Positions 9,196 to 19,542 of a stretch of DNA of 55,654 nt are shown here, in pieces (position 1 is the first letter of the stretch; every line of letters starts with the position of its first letter). Source of the DNA: Candidatus Hydrothermarchaeales archaeon. Lineage in GTDB: Archaea; Hydrothermarchaeota; Hydrothermarchaeia; Hydrothermarchaeales; SZUA-236. The stretch lies in the NCBI GenBank assembly GCA_046761145.1, contig JBHIFP010000001.1:1-55654 (forward strand), given 5' to 3'. The notes under the pieces were generated by a model, which saw only the letters and a program-made list of their open reading frames with translations, did no database searches and was not told where the DNA came from. Position numbers and translations under genes: made by a program.

Positions 9196-9861
9196 TCACT
9201 CCAAGAAACCCAACACATCTTCGATCCTTGCAATCTCTGGACCGGTCGTCTCTTCCCCCATTATAGCGCCGTTTGAATTTGCGACGATACCCGTCCTCAC
9301 GAATCCCACTCCTCGATTGATGGTCCCGACATCTACATATACCCTCAATGTGCTTTCAACGAACTCCAACTCTTCTTCACTCACCGTCGGGTGGATAATG
9401 GCTCCTTTATTGGTCGCTATGCCTATGGATCCGATGGTTCTGAAACCGGCGATCATTCTGGCTTCTACTTCTATATCCAAAGTATCCTCGATCGTCTTGA
9501 TACTTTCCCGTGTAAAGTTGGGGCTGACTACCCCTCCATTGTCATTTATCACCATTAGATTTCCCAAAGCCGTAAATTTGTCATCCAGAACCCCTACGCT
9601 CATATCCATATCCTTGAACCTCTCGACTTCCTCATGAAAGGCATTTCTGGGTAAAACTATCCCATTGTTGTTCATCGCGATCATTGCCCCTATAAGCGAA
9701 GTGCCACTTATGTTGGTCTTATGGACTTCGACTTCCAATGACTTTTCCAAGGCAGATGAAAATCTTTTTGGGCAACCCTTGGGCACTATTGCGACGCTGT
9801 CGTTTGCCTTGATGAAGACCCCGATGTTCGGATTTCTCCCGTAGTTGAGCCGCTTTATCAT
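9196..9861 (-). CDS. eif6: Translation initiation factor 6 (aIF6)
   Basis: 221 aa. Pentein repeats with recurring IGxxxxxN/G motifs. Conserved synteny. Confidence 0.9.
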   Translation of the reverse strand: MIKRLNYGRNPNIGVFIKANDSVAIVPKGCPKRFSSALEKSLEVEVHKTNISGTSLIGAMIAMNNNGIVLPRNAFHEEVERFKDMDMSVGVLDDKFTALGNLMVINDNGGVVSPNFTRESIKTIEDTLDIEVEARMIAGFRTIGSIGIATNKGAIIHPTVSEEELEFVESTLRVYVDVGTINRGVGFVRTGIVANSNGAIMGEETTGPEIARIEDVLGFLE

Positions 9862-9868
9862 CCAATCC

Positions 9869-10123
9869 CTACTCAGCCAACGTCACCATAATGATGTCAT
9901 CTTCCAACTCTTCCGCCTTTACCTTGATCTTAGATGGGATATTCTTGATGCCCTTCTCCCAAACTTTTTCGTTGACGGAGACATCCAAAATTATCTTCTC
10001 GCTCTTCATGTGTTTCTCTATGAATTTCCTTATGTACCTTACGGCCTTTACGGCCCGTTTTGTCCTAGGAGCTTTTTTGACTTCCCTTAATGGGATTGTA
10101 TAGATCCTCTCCACTTCGATCAC
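9869..10123 (-). CDS. rpl31e: 50S ribosomal protein L31e
   Basis: 84 aa. YTIPLR...APRTKRA signature. GTG start directly after the L39e stop. Confidence 0.9.
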   Translation of the reverse strand: MIEVERIYTIPLREVKKAPRTKRAVKAVRYIRKFIEKHMKSEKIILDVSVNEKVWEKGIKNIPSKIKVKAEELEDDIIMVTLAE

Positions 10124-10276
10124 CTATCTCTTCAATTTACTCCTACGCCAGAATCTTCGTTTTGGATGTGTCCTCAAGCGGCCCATAGTCTTGGCCACGG
10201 CCCATATCGGCACCGGCCGGTTTTGCCTCAATGCCTTTCCAAGCCTGATCTTCTTTGCTATATGAACCTTTGACAT
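10124..10276 (-). CDS. rpl39e: 50S ribosomal protein L39e
   Basis: Hand-translated 50-aa ORF, absent from the ORF track: [50 protein letters not shown]. Typical L39e sequence and position. Confidence 0.85.
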   Translation of the reverse strand: MSKVHIAKKIRLGKALRQNRPVPIWAVAKTMGRLRTHPKRRFWRRSKLKR

Positions 10277-10329
10277 CACATCACCTCAAACCTAGCTATA
10301 TAGAGGAGTAACCTTTGAAATCATTATGA

Positions 10330-10935
10330 TTAGCTCTGTTCGCCTTTTTTCCAGCCCAGCACTCGTGATTGTATGTGCGAAGGAAAGAACTTTCCAGGGT
10401 CTAAACATCTTTCCTTCAGTAGGGCCCTTATCTCGGCCTCATAATCCCCTTTCGGGATATCCTCGCTCTCCCCCTCTTCTATTTCAAAGAGGGCATGAGC
10501 GAGCGCATCAATGGTCTTGTATCCGATCCCCCTTAAAGGGGTCAAATATTGGCAGTTGGAACTGTCTTCAAGACTCCTTATCTCTCCTACATTAAGCCAT
10601 GGAACTCTATCGTCTTTCCTAGTCCCATCGGCAATCAACTCGAAGTCCTCTGCAACGTTACTCAATACCCTTTTGTGGATGTAATTTATTCCATTATTCG
10701 GATATCCGTCTTTGACGATGATATCCATAGCCCTCTCCGCCACATCTTTCTCAAATCTTAGGATTCTGTGATCAAAACCCAGAGCATCTGCAGATTTTTT
10801 GGCGTATTTCCAAGAATCTAGGACCCCAAAATTTGCGGTTACCAGCTGAACGTCATAACCCATCTTTTCGAGGATGTAAGAAGCGAGGGAGCCATCTTTA
10901 CCGCCGCTATATAGAATACAGACTTTTTGCATCAA
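10330..10935 (-). CDS. PP-loop ATPase superfamily protein (COG2117-like)
   Basis: 201 aa. N-terminal SGGKDG PP-loop. 4-nt overlap with the upstream PDCD5-like gene. Confidence 0.7.
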   Translation of the reverse strand: MMQKVCILYSGGKDGSLASYILEKMGYDVQLVTANFGVLDSWKYAKKSADALGFDHRILRFEKDVAERAMDIIVKDGYPNNGINYIHKRVLSNVAEDFELIADGTRKDDRVPWLNVGEIRSLEDSSNCQYLTPLRGIGYKTIDALAHALFEIEEGESEDIPKGDYEAEIRALLKERCLDPGKFFPSHIQSRVLGWKKGEQS

Positions 10936-11261
10936 ACCCTCCTTATCTTGAACTCCTTCTTGCTCCCCTCCGCGATCTTCTGGAGTATCCCTTTCAACTG
11001 GGTATCCGTGATCTTATTCTTGAGTTGTCCGCTCTGGGCCAGTTGAATCAATAGCAACTCGACCTGTTTGGCGTATTCTGGCCTTGCCATCTTGACATTT
11101 GCAAGCCTCGCCCTCGCCTTGGGGGTCAAGATCTGGTGGATCGCCGCCCTTATCTGTTGTTCGACTCGTTCCATCTGCGCCTGCTTAGCTTTTTCCTCCA
11201 GTAACCTTTGTTGGAGCTCGGCCAACTTCCGTTTCTTCAGCTCTTCCAGCTCTTCGGACAT
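10932..11261 (-). CDS. PDCD5/TFAR19-like DNA-binding protein
   Basis: 109 aa. KRKLAELQ..., ILTPKARARLANVKMARPEYA signature of the COG2118 family. Confidence 0.85.
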   Translation of the reverse strand: MSEELEELKKRKLAELQQRLLEEKAKQAQMERVEQQIRAAIHQILTPKARARLANVKMARPEYAKQVELLLIQLAQSGQLKNKITDTQLKGILQKIAEGSKKEFKIRRV

Positions 11262-11270
11262 AAGGTTTCC

Positions 11271-11708
11271 TCAGTACTTATCCAATCCAGGAATGTCTTT
11301 TCTTACTTTATGGGATACCTTGTCTAGGAAGGATTCCCCTTGGGGCGTGATCGCCCTGCCCCTCTTTGTCGTCTTTACAAATCCCAGAGCTTCTAACTGT
11401 CTAATTATGCTTTTGGTTATGGAGCCGCTGCCGCGCCTTCTAGCTTCTGGTTTGTGACCCCTATTCTTCTTGCCACTATACCTCTTGCTCAATCTCTTTA
11501 TCCCGATGGGGCCATTTATATAAATCTTTCTCAACACTGAAGCTGCTCTAACATACCACCAATCCTTATTTTCGGGCCGATTCTCCTTGCCCGTGCCCGT
11601 CTTTATGAAGCGCGCCCAGTCAGGTGGCGAAACCTCTTTGAACTTCTTCAATTCCTTGGATGCTTGGTCTATCAATTTTGATGCCGAAACATCGTATACA
11701 GTCGTCAT
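11271..11708 (-). CDS. rps19e: 30S ribosomal protein S19e
   Basis: 145 aa. DWWYVRAASVLRKIY signature. Confidence 0.9.
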   Translation of the reverse strand: MTTVYDVSASKLIDQASKELKKFKEVSPPDWARFIKTGTGKENRPENKDWWYVRAASVLRKIYINGPIGIKRLSKRYSGKKNRGHKPEARRRGSGSITKSIIRQLEALGFVKTTKRGRAITPQGESFLDKVSHKVRKDIPGLDKY

Positions 11709-12082
11709 CGCAATCCTCCTTTTCTCACCTCTAATCCTCTTTTAACCTCGTCAACATTTTTACTCCTCCTCAATCTCCTTTCCGCAGTAAAGGGCATCCT
11801 CGCCACATTCCCGCATTCGAGGCACGTAACCACCATCTTCCCGTCCTTTGTCCTGACTCTGCAGTTATATCCGGGTTTCAGAAAGGCATGGCACTTTTTA
11901 CAGATACGCCTCTTCCATCTTTTGGGCATTCTCGCGTTGTGCCGCATTGCGATTTTCCTAGCAAGTTCGGCATACCTATCTGCCCTTTCTCGGTCTTCAT
12001 GGAACACGTCATCAGCTCTCTGCATCAGGATTTCGATCCTATCCAGCGCGATATCCTTTACCCATTGGGGTCTTTTAGCCAA
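11705..12082 (-). CDS. rnp4: RNase P protein component 4 (Rpp21/Rpr2)
   Basis: 125 aa. Helical N-terminus plus zinc ribbon CKKC...CLEC. 4-nt overlap with S19e. Confidence 0.85.
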   Translation of the reverse strand: MAKRPQWVKDIALDRIEILMQRADDVFHEDRERADRYAELARKIAMRHNARMPKRWKRRICKKCHAFLKPGYNCRVRTKDGKMVVTCLECGNVARMPFTAERRLRRSKNVDEVKRGLEVRKGGLR

Positions 12083-12105
12083 GTTTTAACCTCTCAATAC
12101 TTTGA

Positions 12106-12177
12106 TGCGGCTGCCGGGATTCGAACCCGGGCAATTGGCTTGGAAGGCCAAGATCATAACCCCTAGATCACAGCCGC
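12106..12177 (-). tRNA. tRNA-Gly (UCC)
   Basis: 72-nt cloverleaf. Acceptor GCGGCTG/CAGCCGC, anticodon stem TTGGC/GCCAA with loop CTTCCAA, T arm CCGGGTTCGAATCCCGG, discriminator A. Confidence 0.9.
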
Positions 12178-12202
12178 ATTTCTCTTCGGATTATTATGCC
12201 TG

Positions 12203-12211
12203 AAATATAAA
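12203..12211 (-). promoter_or_regulatory. TATA box candidate for tRNA-Gly
   Basis: TTTATATTT on the minus strand, centred about 30 nt upstream of the tRNA 5' end. Confidence 0.4.
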
Positions 12212-12249
12212 TATTTGGGGAACGATCAAAATTTGGATTTTGGCTTTCT

Positions 12250-13476
12250 CTACCTCTTCGAAAGCTCTCTTGCCAACATAGGTAAGAAGATGCCGACATC
12301 GGTGACGACTCCCAAAGCTTGTGCGGTGCCCCTATCGGTCAGTTTCGTAACTGTGGCCGGATTTATATCGACACATACTGTCTTCACATGAGAGGGCAAC
12401 AAATTTCCAACTGCGATGGAGTGCAACATCGTGGAGAGCATGAGCACGAGTTCGACACCTTTCAAATGCTTTCTCATCTCCCTCTGGGCTTCTACGACGT
12501 CGGTTATCACTTCCGGTAGAGGACCGTCGTCCCTTATCGAGCCAGCCAGAACAAAGGGTATATTGCCCTTTATACAGGCGTGCATCACCCCCTTCGTTAT
12601 TTCCCTCGAGTCGATAAGTCCTTTGATGGAGCCGGCCTTCATCACCTCATTTATGGCATACAGATGGTGCCTATGCCCCCCCTCCGTCGGTCTGCCCGTC
12701 TTTAAGTTTACACCCAAAGAAGTTCCATATAGGGCATTCTCAATGTCGTGAACCGCCAACGCATTCCCGGCGAATAGAACGTCCACTATCCCATTTTGGA
12801 TCATCTTAGCGAGGTGTTCATAAGCTCCCGTATGCACTACAGCGGGGCCGGCAACTACGAGGATTTTGCCACCCCTATCCTTTACTTCGAGGATCTCCTT
12901 CGCAATTTGACTGATTAAGGATTTCGATGGCTTCTCAGAGGAGACTGTGGATTTCATGAACTCGAAGATGCTGTACTCTCTAGGACGCTCTGGGGGTTCG
13001 ATTCTGATTCCCTTCTTGCCCACGACGATCATGTCCCCTTTTTTCACGTCGCTTATGGGTTTGCATATCGCCTCTTTCCTATCCCTGTCGACGACGATAA
13101 TGAGGTCCATCTCTATACCCTCGATCTTTATCCAGTCTTCGGCAATGCGTACATAAGTTGGATGATTCGTCGTCGAGTAAAAGTTGTCCGGCAAGGTTTT
13201 GTCCTTCGGTGCGGGCTCCAACTCCGCCTGCTCGATCTCCGGGATCGTCGCACCGGCCTTGAGCAACTCCCCCAAGATCTGATCCAGATGGGCCCTGTCC
13301 TTGCCTTTGACGAGGATCCGCGCGTAGGAGGGATCGGTCTTGTGCTTTCCTATCTCGAAGACCAATACCCTGAAGTCGCCGTCGAGATCCATTATAGTAT
13401 CGAAGACCTTCGGCAAGATGAAGGAATCTATGATGTGCCCCTTGAGCTCGATCTCTTTTACCTCTACTATCCTCAA
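12250..13476 (-). CDS. LOR/SDH-family protein (TIGR00300-like; candidate ornithine cyclodeaminase type)
   Basis: 408 aa. The N-terminus ([23 protein letters not shown]) and overall length match my recollection of the archaeal LOR/SDH family. 4-nt overlap with argB. Confidence 0.7.
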   Translation of the reverse strand: MRIVEVKEIELKGHIIDSFILPKVFDTIMDLDGDFRVLVFEIGKHKTDPSYARILVKGKDRAHLDQILGELLKAGATIPEIEQAELEPAPKDKTLPDNFYSTTNHPTYVRIAEDWIKIEGIEMDLIIVVDRDRKEAICKPISDVKKGDMIVVGKKGIRIEPPERPREYSIFEFMKSTVSSEKPSKSLISQIAKEILEVKDRGGKILVVAGPAVVHTGAYEHLAKMIQNGIVDVLFAGNALAVHDIENALYGTSLGVNLKTGRPTEGGHRHHLYAINEVMKAGSIKGLIDSREITKGVMHACIKGNIPFVLAGSIRDDGPLPEVITDVVEAQREMRKHLKGVELVLMLSTMLHSIAVGNLLPSHVKTVCVDINPATVTKLTDRGTAQALGVVTDVGIFLPMLARELSKR

Positions 13477-14348
13477 CCCTCCTTGACCATCGTTCCTACT
13501 CCCTTGTCCGTTAGAAGCTCGAGCAGAATCGAGTGTTTCACCCTGCCATCGATTATATGAGCCCTATTTACACCGGCTCCAATCGCCTTGGCGCATGCTT
13601 CAACTTTGGGGATCATGGAACCCCGAACGATATTCTCTCTCAAGAGAGCATCGATCTCAGATAACGTCGTCTCCTTTATTAGGCTGTTTTTGTCATTTAC
13701 GTCCCTCATTACTCCAGGTACATCCGTCAATATTATCAACTTCTTCGCCTTCAAGGCGGCGGCTATATCTCCGGCAACCGTATCCGAATTCAGATTTAAG
13801 CTGGTCCCTTCTTCTGTAATACCGATGGGAGAGATAACCGGAATGAAATCCTGACTCGTCAGGATATCGATGATCTCCGGATTGACCTTTACCGTTTCGC
13901 CTACCAAGCCGAGGTCTACTTCCCTCTCGACCCCTCCCCCCGATATCTTGTGCAACTTCTTCTTGGCCAAGATCAGCTTCCCGTCCTTGCCCGATAAACC
14001 GATGCCCTTTGCATTAAACTTGTTCAGCCTAGAAACTATATCTGTGTTGATCTTCCCCACCAGCACCATCTTCACTATATCCAACGTCTCTTCATCGGTC
14101 ACCCTCAGCCCTTCCACAAACTCGGGCTTCTTGCCCATCTTCTCCATAGCTTCAGATATCTCGGGTCCACCACCATGGACGACGACGGGCTTCATACCTA
14201 TATACCTCAAAAGAATGGTATCCTTTACCGTCCAGTCCTTCGCCTCTTCGTCGAGCATCGCATGGCCCCCGTACTTTATCACGACGTAAGAGCCATGGAA
14301 CTCTTCGATATATGGCAAGGCCTCCGCCAAAATTTCGGCTCTGTTCAT
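13473..14348 (-). CDS. argB: Acetylglutamate kinase
   Basis: 291 aa. VIKYGG, VVHGGGP and amino-acid-kinase family motifs. Confidence 0.9.
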   Translation of the reverse strand: MNRAEILAEALPYIEEFHGSYVVIKYGGHAMLDEEAKDWTVKDTILLRYIGMKPVVVHGGGPEISEAMEKMGKKPEFVEGLRVTDEETLDIVKMVLVGKINTDIVSRLNKFNAKGIGLSGKDGKLILAKKKLHKISGGGVEREVDLGLVGETVKVNPEIIDILTSQDFIPVISPIGITEEGTSLNLNSDTVAGDIAAALKAKKLIILTDVPGVMRDVNDKNSLIKETTLSEIDALLRENIVRGSMIPKVEACAKAIGAGVNRAHIIDGRVKHSILLELLTDKGVGTMVKEG

Positions 14349-14491
14349 CTTCTTACCTCTAGCTTCTTAAAGGAGATGTCTTTTCGCTGTCTTTTATACC
14401 TTTTGTTCCGCAAAATATCGGTTCCATTTGATGAATATTCACCGGTTTTTAAGCCCTCCATAAGTCATTAAAATTTGGCAATCGATGAAGT

Positions 14492-15079
14492 TTAGGTCTC
14501 TTCAAAATCGTTTATTTCGGGCTCTTCTTCGGGGTACCAATTCCGCGTGATCCAATAACCCAACAAAAAACCAAATATCAATCCCACGAGATGCGCGAGA
14601 AAGCCGGTGGTGGCCGCCAAAATGAAGAAAATGAAACCGTAAAAAAGAGACGTCCAGACCCCACTGGAATATATGTTCCTCTGTGCGATCAAGCAAGCAC
14701 CGAGGATACCAAAGATCGCACCCGATGCTCCGGCAGATACCGTACCAAGGGGATAAAAGAAAGATGCCAGCGAAGCAAACAGACCGCATGTGAGGTATAG
14801 CACGACGAGCTGCTTCCCACCATATATCTCTTCACCTTTGGCGCCAAAGATTGCCAAGAAGATCATATTATAGCCCAAGTGCGGGAAGTTAAAGTGTGCG
14901 AACATGTTCGTAATGATCTGCCAATACGCACCAGCTAAAAAGGCCCCAGTATCCAACCCAAACTTCAGCATCCAGTAATCGTCGATCTGTAGCCAACTGG
15001 AGCTGAGATAAGCCAAAACCCCATATGAAAGGATGTTTATCCCAAGCAAGAGGGAGGTCACTCTCATCCCATTTGACAT
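14492..15079 (-). CDS. Rhomboid family intramembrane serine protease
   Basis: 195 aa, six predicted TM segments. GASGAIFG catalytic Ser motif and a downstream AHLVG His. Confidence 0.85.
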   Translation of the reverse strand: MSNGMRVTSLLLGINILSYGVLAYLSSSWLQIDDYWMLKFGLDTGAFLAGAYWQIITNMFAHFNFPHLGYNMIFLAIFGAKGEEIYGGKQLVVLYLTCGLFASLASFFYPLGTVSAGASGAIFGILGACLIAQRNIYSSGVWTSLFYGFIFFILAATTGFLAHLVGLIFGFLLGYWITRNWYPEEEPEINDFEET

Positions 15080-15176
15080 GAGTTACCCATGGTTCTGTCT
15101 ACTCATAAGTTTTATGTTGTTTTTTGAAAACCATTAAATAAGATTTCGTCGAGCATATTGCAAGGAGGTGAAATTT

Positions 15177-15377
15177 GTGGCAACAGATCCAGTCTGCAAT
15201 ATGGGGGTCGATGAAGCGACAGCAGAGCACAAAGCGGAATACGAAGGGGAGACATATTACTTCTGCGCCCCGGGATGCAAAACGGCCTTTGAGGAGGATC
15301 CGGAGAAATATCTAAAGGGCGAGAAAGAGGAGATGCGCGAAGCCCCTGAAAAGAAGTGGTGGCAGTTCTGGAAATAA
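15177..15377 (+). CDS. YHS/TRASH-domain metal-binding protein
   Basis: DPVCNM...YYFCAPGC signature. Start placed at the GTG 8 nt after GGAGG; the ORF track starts at 15168. Confidence 0.75.
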   Translation: MATDPVCNMGVDEATAEHKAEYEGETYYFCAPGCKTAFEEDPEKYLKGEKEEMREAPEKKWWQFWK

Positions 15378-15428
15378 CAGTTATAGGCGCTTCCCGATTT
15401 CTCTGGAAAATAAGAAAAACATTTGAGA

Positions 15429-16634
15429 TCAGGTCGTGTACTGAGCATTCATTCTTACATAATCCAACGTCAAATCGCACCCGAATGCGGTTGCCTCTTC
15501 ATTTCCTATGCCTAAGTCGATGATGATCTCCAGCTCATCGGCCTCTAAGATCTCCTTCGCCATTCCCAACTCTTCTGTCCCTTGGAATGCCAAGACTCTC
15601 CCTCTATTTACTAAGCAAACTTCTTTACCCCCTCCATTCAGGAATAGGGAGATTTTATCGGGTTCGATCTCCGCTTCAGAATAACCGATGGCCGCGACGA
15701 TCCTCCCCCAGTTGGGATCCTTTCCGAACAACGCGGTCTTGACCAAGTTCGACCCCGTGACTGCTTTGGCTACCCTTCTTGCATCCCCTCTAGTTAAAGC
15801 ACCTTTGACGTCTACTTCGAAGTACTTCGTTGCGCCCTCGCCATCTTTGGCCATCATCTTCGCCAATTCTAAAGTTACAAAGTTCAACGCCTCTAGAAAA
15901 TTCTCATCTACATCTTCGTTTTCAGCAAGCCCATTTGCAAGGAGCGCGACCATGTCATTCGTGCTCGTATCGCCATCGACGACGACCATGTTGAAGCTCC
16001 TCTCTATGGCCTCTTCCAAAATTTTATTGATTTTTCCCTTTGGTACATATGCATCTGTGGTCAGAAAACACAACATAGTGGCATGGGTTAAGTCGGGGGT
16101 GATCATCCCAGAACCCTTTGCTATACCCCCGATCTCGACCTCGTGGCCCGACTTCAATTTTGTTCTTACCGAGACAGTTTTTGGGAAGGTATCCGTGGTC
16201 ATGATCCCCCTTGCAGCCGTCAATGAAGCCTTCTTGGAAGATTCTAGCTTCTCTGAGACTTCATCGATCATCTTCTCTATGATCTTTAGATTCAATCTCC
16301 GTCCAATAACACCTGTCGAAGCGGCGATGAAATCCTCGGCTCTCAAACCAAATCTCCTCGAGGCCATTTCACACATCTTCCTTGCATCTTGGAGACCTTC
16401 CCCACCTGTATATGCGTTGGCATTCCCGGAGTTCGCAACTATGCCCCAGGCCTTGCCATTCTTCACGTGCTCACGTGTGACGATCAACGGAGATGCTTTA
16501 ATTTTGTTGCTCGTGATCATTATCGCGCAGTCCGCCTCTACCTCGCTCAATAGCATAGCAAGACCATATTCTTCCTCTTTTGCACCTCCGGCTTTGAAAC
16601 CTTGGACACAAATACCCTTATCTATGATCTCCAC
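15429..16634 (-). CDS. argJ: Bifunctional ornithine acetyltransferase / N-acetylglutamate synthase
   Basis: 401 aa. TTDTFPK and the autoprocessing HATMLCF site. Confidence 0.95.
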   Translation of the reverse strand: MEIIDKGICVQGFKAGGAKEEEYGLAMLLSEVEADCAIMITSNKIKASPLIVTREHVKNGKAWGIVANSGNANAYTGGEGLQDARKMCEMASRRFGLRAEDFIAASTGVIGRRLNLKIIEKMIDEVSEKLESSKKASLTAARGIMTTDTFPKTVSVRTKLKSGHEVEIGGIAKGSGMITPDLTHATMLCFLTTDAYVPKGKINKILEEAIERSFNMVVVDGDTSTNDMVALLANGLAENEDVDENFLEALNFVTLELAKMMAKDGEGATKYFEVDVKGALTRGDARRVAKAVTGSNLVKTALFGKDPNWGRIVAAIGYSEAEIEPDKISLFLNGGGKEVCLVNRGRVLAFQGTEELGMAKEILEADELEIIIDLGIGNEEATAFGCDLTLDYVRMNAQYTT

Positions 16635-16841
16635 GAAACCACCGAAAGATAATTATTGGAGGAGATATTAATCTTTTTCTCATAAGGCGGTGAAAGGTAA
16701 AGAGGCGGAGATGGGAAAAATTTTAATTTATAAATGCTTTATTTTAAATCTATAAAAAATAATGCGATATTCAATTTAATTTATTAAAGTTATGAATTGG
16801 ATTTTATATTGTACAAATAAAATCAAAGAAGATCGATTATC

Positions 16842-17414
16842 ATGGAAAAACTAGGCCTCGATGACAGGGACAGGGAGATAATATCTCTGCTCGAAGATGA
16901 TCCGAGGACGTCTCAGAGGGAGATTGCGGAGCAGCTGGGCATTTCGCAGCCCTCTGTCGGCATAAGGCTCCATAAACTGAGGGAAAAAGGGGCCATTTCC
17001 CTCCTTGCAGGGATAAACTTCAGGAAGATCGGTCTCTACCTAGCAAAGGTAGAGGTAACGGCGAAAGACACTGCCGAAGTGTTGAACTTCTTCAAGGAGT
17101 GTCCTTACTTCCTCAATGGATTGGCCATGTCAGGAAAGAACAACCTCTGCTTATTTCTGATGGGCGAGGACCTGGCTTCCATAGAGGCCATAGTCAATAC
17201 TCATCTCAGATCAAATCCAAAGATAGACAACGTCGACTTCGATGTGGTCATATCTTCGACCGCTGATCTCATCTTCCCAGTCAAGATGAAATTGGAGAAG
17301 CGGGACAAACAGCCTTGTGGTTATGAAGTCGAGTGTAAAGATTGCTCTTATTTTAAGGTAGACCGCTGCTTGGGGTGCCCCATTACCGGACAGTATAAGG
17401 GGAGTTTTTGGTGA
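16842..17414 (+). CDS. Lrp/AsnC-family transcriptional regulator with Cys-rich C-terminal extension
   Basis: 190 aa. N-terminal HTH (DDRDREIISLLEDDPRTSQREIAEQLGISQPSV), an AsnC-type ligand domain, and a tail PCGYEVECKDCSYFKVDRCLGC with 5 Cys. Confidence 0.8.
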   Translation: MEKLGLDDRDREIISLLEDDPRTSQREIAEQLGISQPSVGIRLHKLREKGAISLLAGINFRKIGLYLAKVEVTAKDTAEVLNFFKECPYFLNGLAMSGKNNLCLFLMGEDLASIEAIVNTHLRSNPKIDNVDFDVVISSTADLIFPVKMKLEKRDKQPCGYEVECKDCSYFKVDRCLGCPITGQYKGSFW

Positions 17415-17423
17415 ATTTCTCGT

Positions 17424-17987
17424 TCATCTGCTCCTTCTCAACGGAAGTGTCTCTTTGAGATATAGGATTGCACCTACGATGAAAAGGAAGATACCTACGT
17501 AGACGTAGGAGTAGCAAGTTATCCGGGCTTTGTATTCGATCCTTGTAGAGCCAGAATTGGGATTGGAGATCTTCAGAGACCACACCTCGCCCCTATAGGC
17601 CTCTTTGACCGTATGGATGTCTCTTCCATTATATTCAAATACTAGGGTGCCCTCCGGCGTATCTTTTCCGGTGAGGATTGCTTTAACTTCTCTTTCTCCT
17701 TCGATGTCCACGAAGATCTTGTGTACTATGGGGTCGATCTTGGAGAACCGATAATCGAAGGCCGTAACCTCATTTCTTAATTGGACTTCTCCTCCAAAAT
17801 AATCGGTTGCGGCGAAATAAAAGAAGACCCCGGTTATTACCAAGATAATGCCCAAAAACTCTTTAAGATCATCCAATTTTACCCCTCCCTCATGTAGTAG
17901 CCCCCAAGAAGAACTGCCGTAAGGAAAGTCAGTAAGAACCCCAATTTCACGCTCTTCAATAATGCGCTCAACAGGATCCCTCCGCAT
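17424..17987 (-). CDS. Hypothetical membrane protein (2 TM)
   Basis: 187 aa. TM segments near residues 45-65 and 160-180 flank a beta-rich domain. Confidence 0.55.
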   Translation of the reverse strand: MRRDPVERIIEEREIGVLTDFPYGSSSWGLLHEGGVKLDDLKEFLGIILVITGVFFYFAATDYFGGEVQLRNEVTAFDYRFSKIDPIVHKIFVDIEGEREVKAILTGKDTPEGTLVFEYNGRDIHTVKEAYRGEVWSLKISNPNSGSTRIEYKARITCYSYVYVGIFLFIVGAILYLKETLPLRRSR

Positions 17988-18047
17988 ACAAATACTATAA
18001 CAAAAATGGTGATTCCAAGAGCCGCTTTTTGTGACTTTTGAGACATG

Positions 18048-19445
18048 TCATCTCCTCCTCCAACGCACCCCCCTTGGGGTATCCTCGAGAATTATCCCTT
18101 CTTTGAGGACTTGCTCTCTAATCTTATCAGCGGTGTCCCAATCTTTTCTCTTCCTGGCTTCCTCCCTCTTCTCGATCAATTGCTCGATTTCGGGTTCCAA
18201 CTCCTCTCTTTCATGCTTTAAAACGCCGAGGACTCCGTCGAAGTCCATCATCAAATCATAAACTTCGCTGAGATTCTTCTCCGATGCTTCATCCTCCTCG
18301 ATAGCTTTGTTAGTTTCTCGAACGAGATCGAAGATGGCTGCTAAGGCCGAAGATATATCTAGGTCATCGTCCATGGCATCTTCAAATCTCCTTTTTGTCT
18401 CCAAAACTCTTTTATGTAACCTTCCGTTCCACTTGGCCTCGGTCTTTGTTTCTTGAATTTTGTCTAGAAAGTCGATTAACCTATGGACGGTACCCGCAGC
18501 GGCTTCTAATCCCTTGATAGTGAAATTCAATTTCTTCCTGTAGTGGGCCGATAAAAGGAGATATCTGATAGCTCGTGGATCATGACCTTCTTTTAATAAA
18601 TCCCTCAGGGTGTAGAAATTTCCCAAGGACTTGGACATTTTCTTACCCTCTACCATCAAGTGCTCGTTGTGAATCCAGTAATTCACGAACTTCTTGCCGG
18701 TAGCCCCTTCTGATTGAGCTATCTCGTTCTCGTGGTGGGGAAAGATCAAATCGACGCCCCCTGCATGGATGTCGAAGGTATCGCCGAGATATTTCATGCT
18801 CATGGCCGAACACTCTATGTGCCAACCGGGTCTACCCCTCCCGAGCTCGGTCTCCCAGAATACGTCTCCATCCTCTTTGCTATAGGCCTTCCATAGGGCG
18901 AAGTCCTGTAGTTCTTCTTTCGCGTACTCATCGGCCTTTACTCTAGTTCCCGCTTTGAGCCACTCCACTTTTATATGGGCTAACTTGCCATATCTCTCAA
19001 ACTTGGAGATGTCGTAATAATAGGAGCCGTCTTCCCCCTTGTAAGCCGCCTCCTTCTCGACCAACCTCTTTACCAAGGAGATCATCTCTCCTATGTGCTC
19101 AGTCGCTTTGGGGTACACCTCCACTGGTTCCATATTCAGCGCCTCTATGTCCTCGAAGAAGGCCTTCGAATAGCGCTCTGTAAACTCCCTTAACGGGATG
19201 CCCTCCCTTCGAGAACCTCGGATCGTCTTGTCATCGACATCTGTCAAGTTCATAACCTGTGTCACTTGGAAGCCCTTGTACTTTAGGTACCTCCTCAGGA
19301 TATCCTCGAATACATAGGCCCTGAAATTCCCTATATGAGCATAATCGTAGACGGTAGGGCCGCAGGTGTACATCTTGACCCTCCCTTTCTCTATTGGGAT
19401 GAATTCCTCTTTTCTTCTCGTCAGGGTATTGTACAGTCTCAACAT
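18048..19445 (-). CDS. cysS: Cysteine--tRNA ligase
   Basis: HIGN and KMSKS motifs. N-terminus [15 protein letters not shown] matches the canonical CysRS start. Start at the second ATG, 6 nt after GAGGT; the ORF extends to 19451. Confidence 0.95.
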   Translation of the reverse strand: MLRLYNTLTRRKEEFIPIEKGRVKMYTCGPTVYDYAHIGNFRAYVFEDILRRYLKYKGFQVTQVMNLTDVDDKTIRGSRREGIPLREFTERYSKAFFEDIEALNMEPVEVYPKATEHIGEMISLVKRLVEKEAAYKGEDGSYYYDISKFERYGKLAHIKVEWLKAGTRVKADEYAKEELQDFALWKAYSKEDGDVFWETELGRGRPGWHIECSAMSMKYLGDTFDIHAGGVDLIFPHHENEIAQSEGATGKKFVNYWIHNEHLMVEGKKMSKSLGNFYTLRDLLKEGHDPRAIRYLLLSAHYRKKLNFTIKGLEAAAGTVHRLIDFLDKIQETKTEAKWNGRLHKRVLETKRRFEDAMDDDLDISSALAAIFDLVRETNKAIEEDEASEKNLSEVYDLMMDFDGVLGVLKHEREELEPEIEQLIEKREEARKRKDWDTADKIREQVLKEGIILEDTPRGVRWRRR

Positions 19446-19470
19446 AATCATACCTCAATTCTCGACCAGA

Positions 19471-19542
19471 AGCCGAGGAGGGGAGTCGAACCCCTCTAAA
19501 TCGGTCTGCAGCCGATTACATAAACCGCTCTGTCACCTCGGC
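19471..19542 (-). tRNA. tRNA-Cys (GCA)
   Basis: 72-nt cloverleaf. Acceptor GCCGAGG/CCTCGGC, anticodon stem ATCGG/CCGAT with loop CTGCAGA, T arm AGGGGTTCGACTCCCCT, discriminator U73 (a CysRS identity element). Confidence 0.9.

Noticed and set aside
15688-16671. 327-aa plus-strand ORF
   Set aside because: It is fully antisense to argJ, which has unmistakable motifs. Its translation is low-complexity and Ser/Pro/Ala/Phe-rich, as is typical of shadow ORFs. The same applies to 9047..9637, 41257..41973, 47115..47630, 50584..51264 and 51032..51628.
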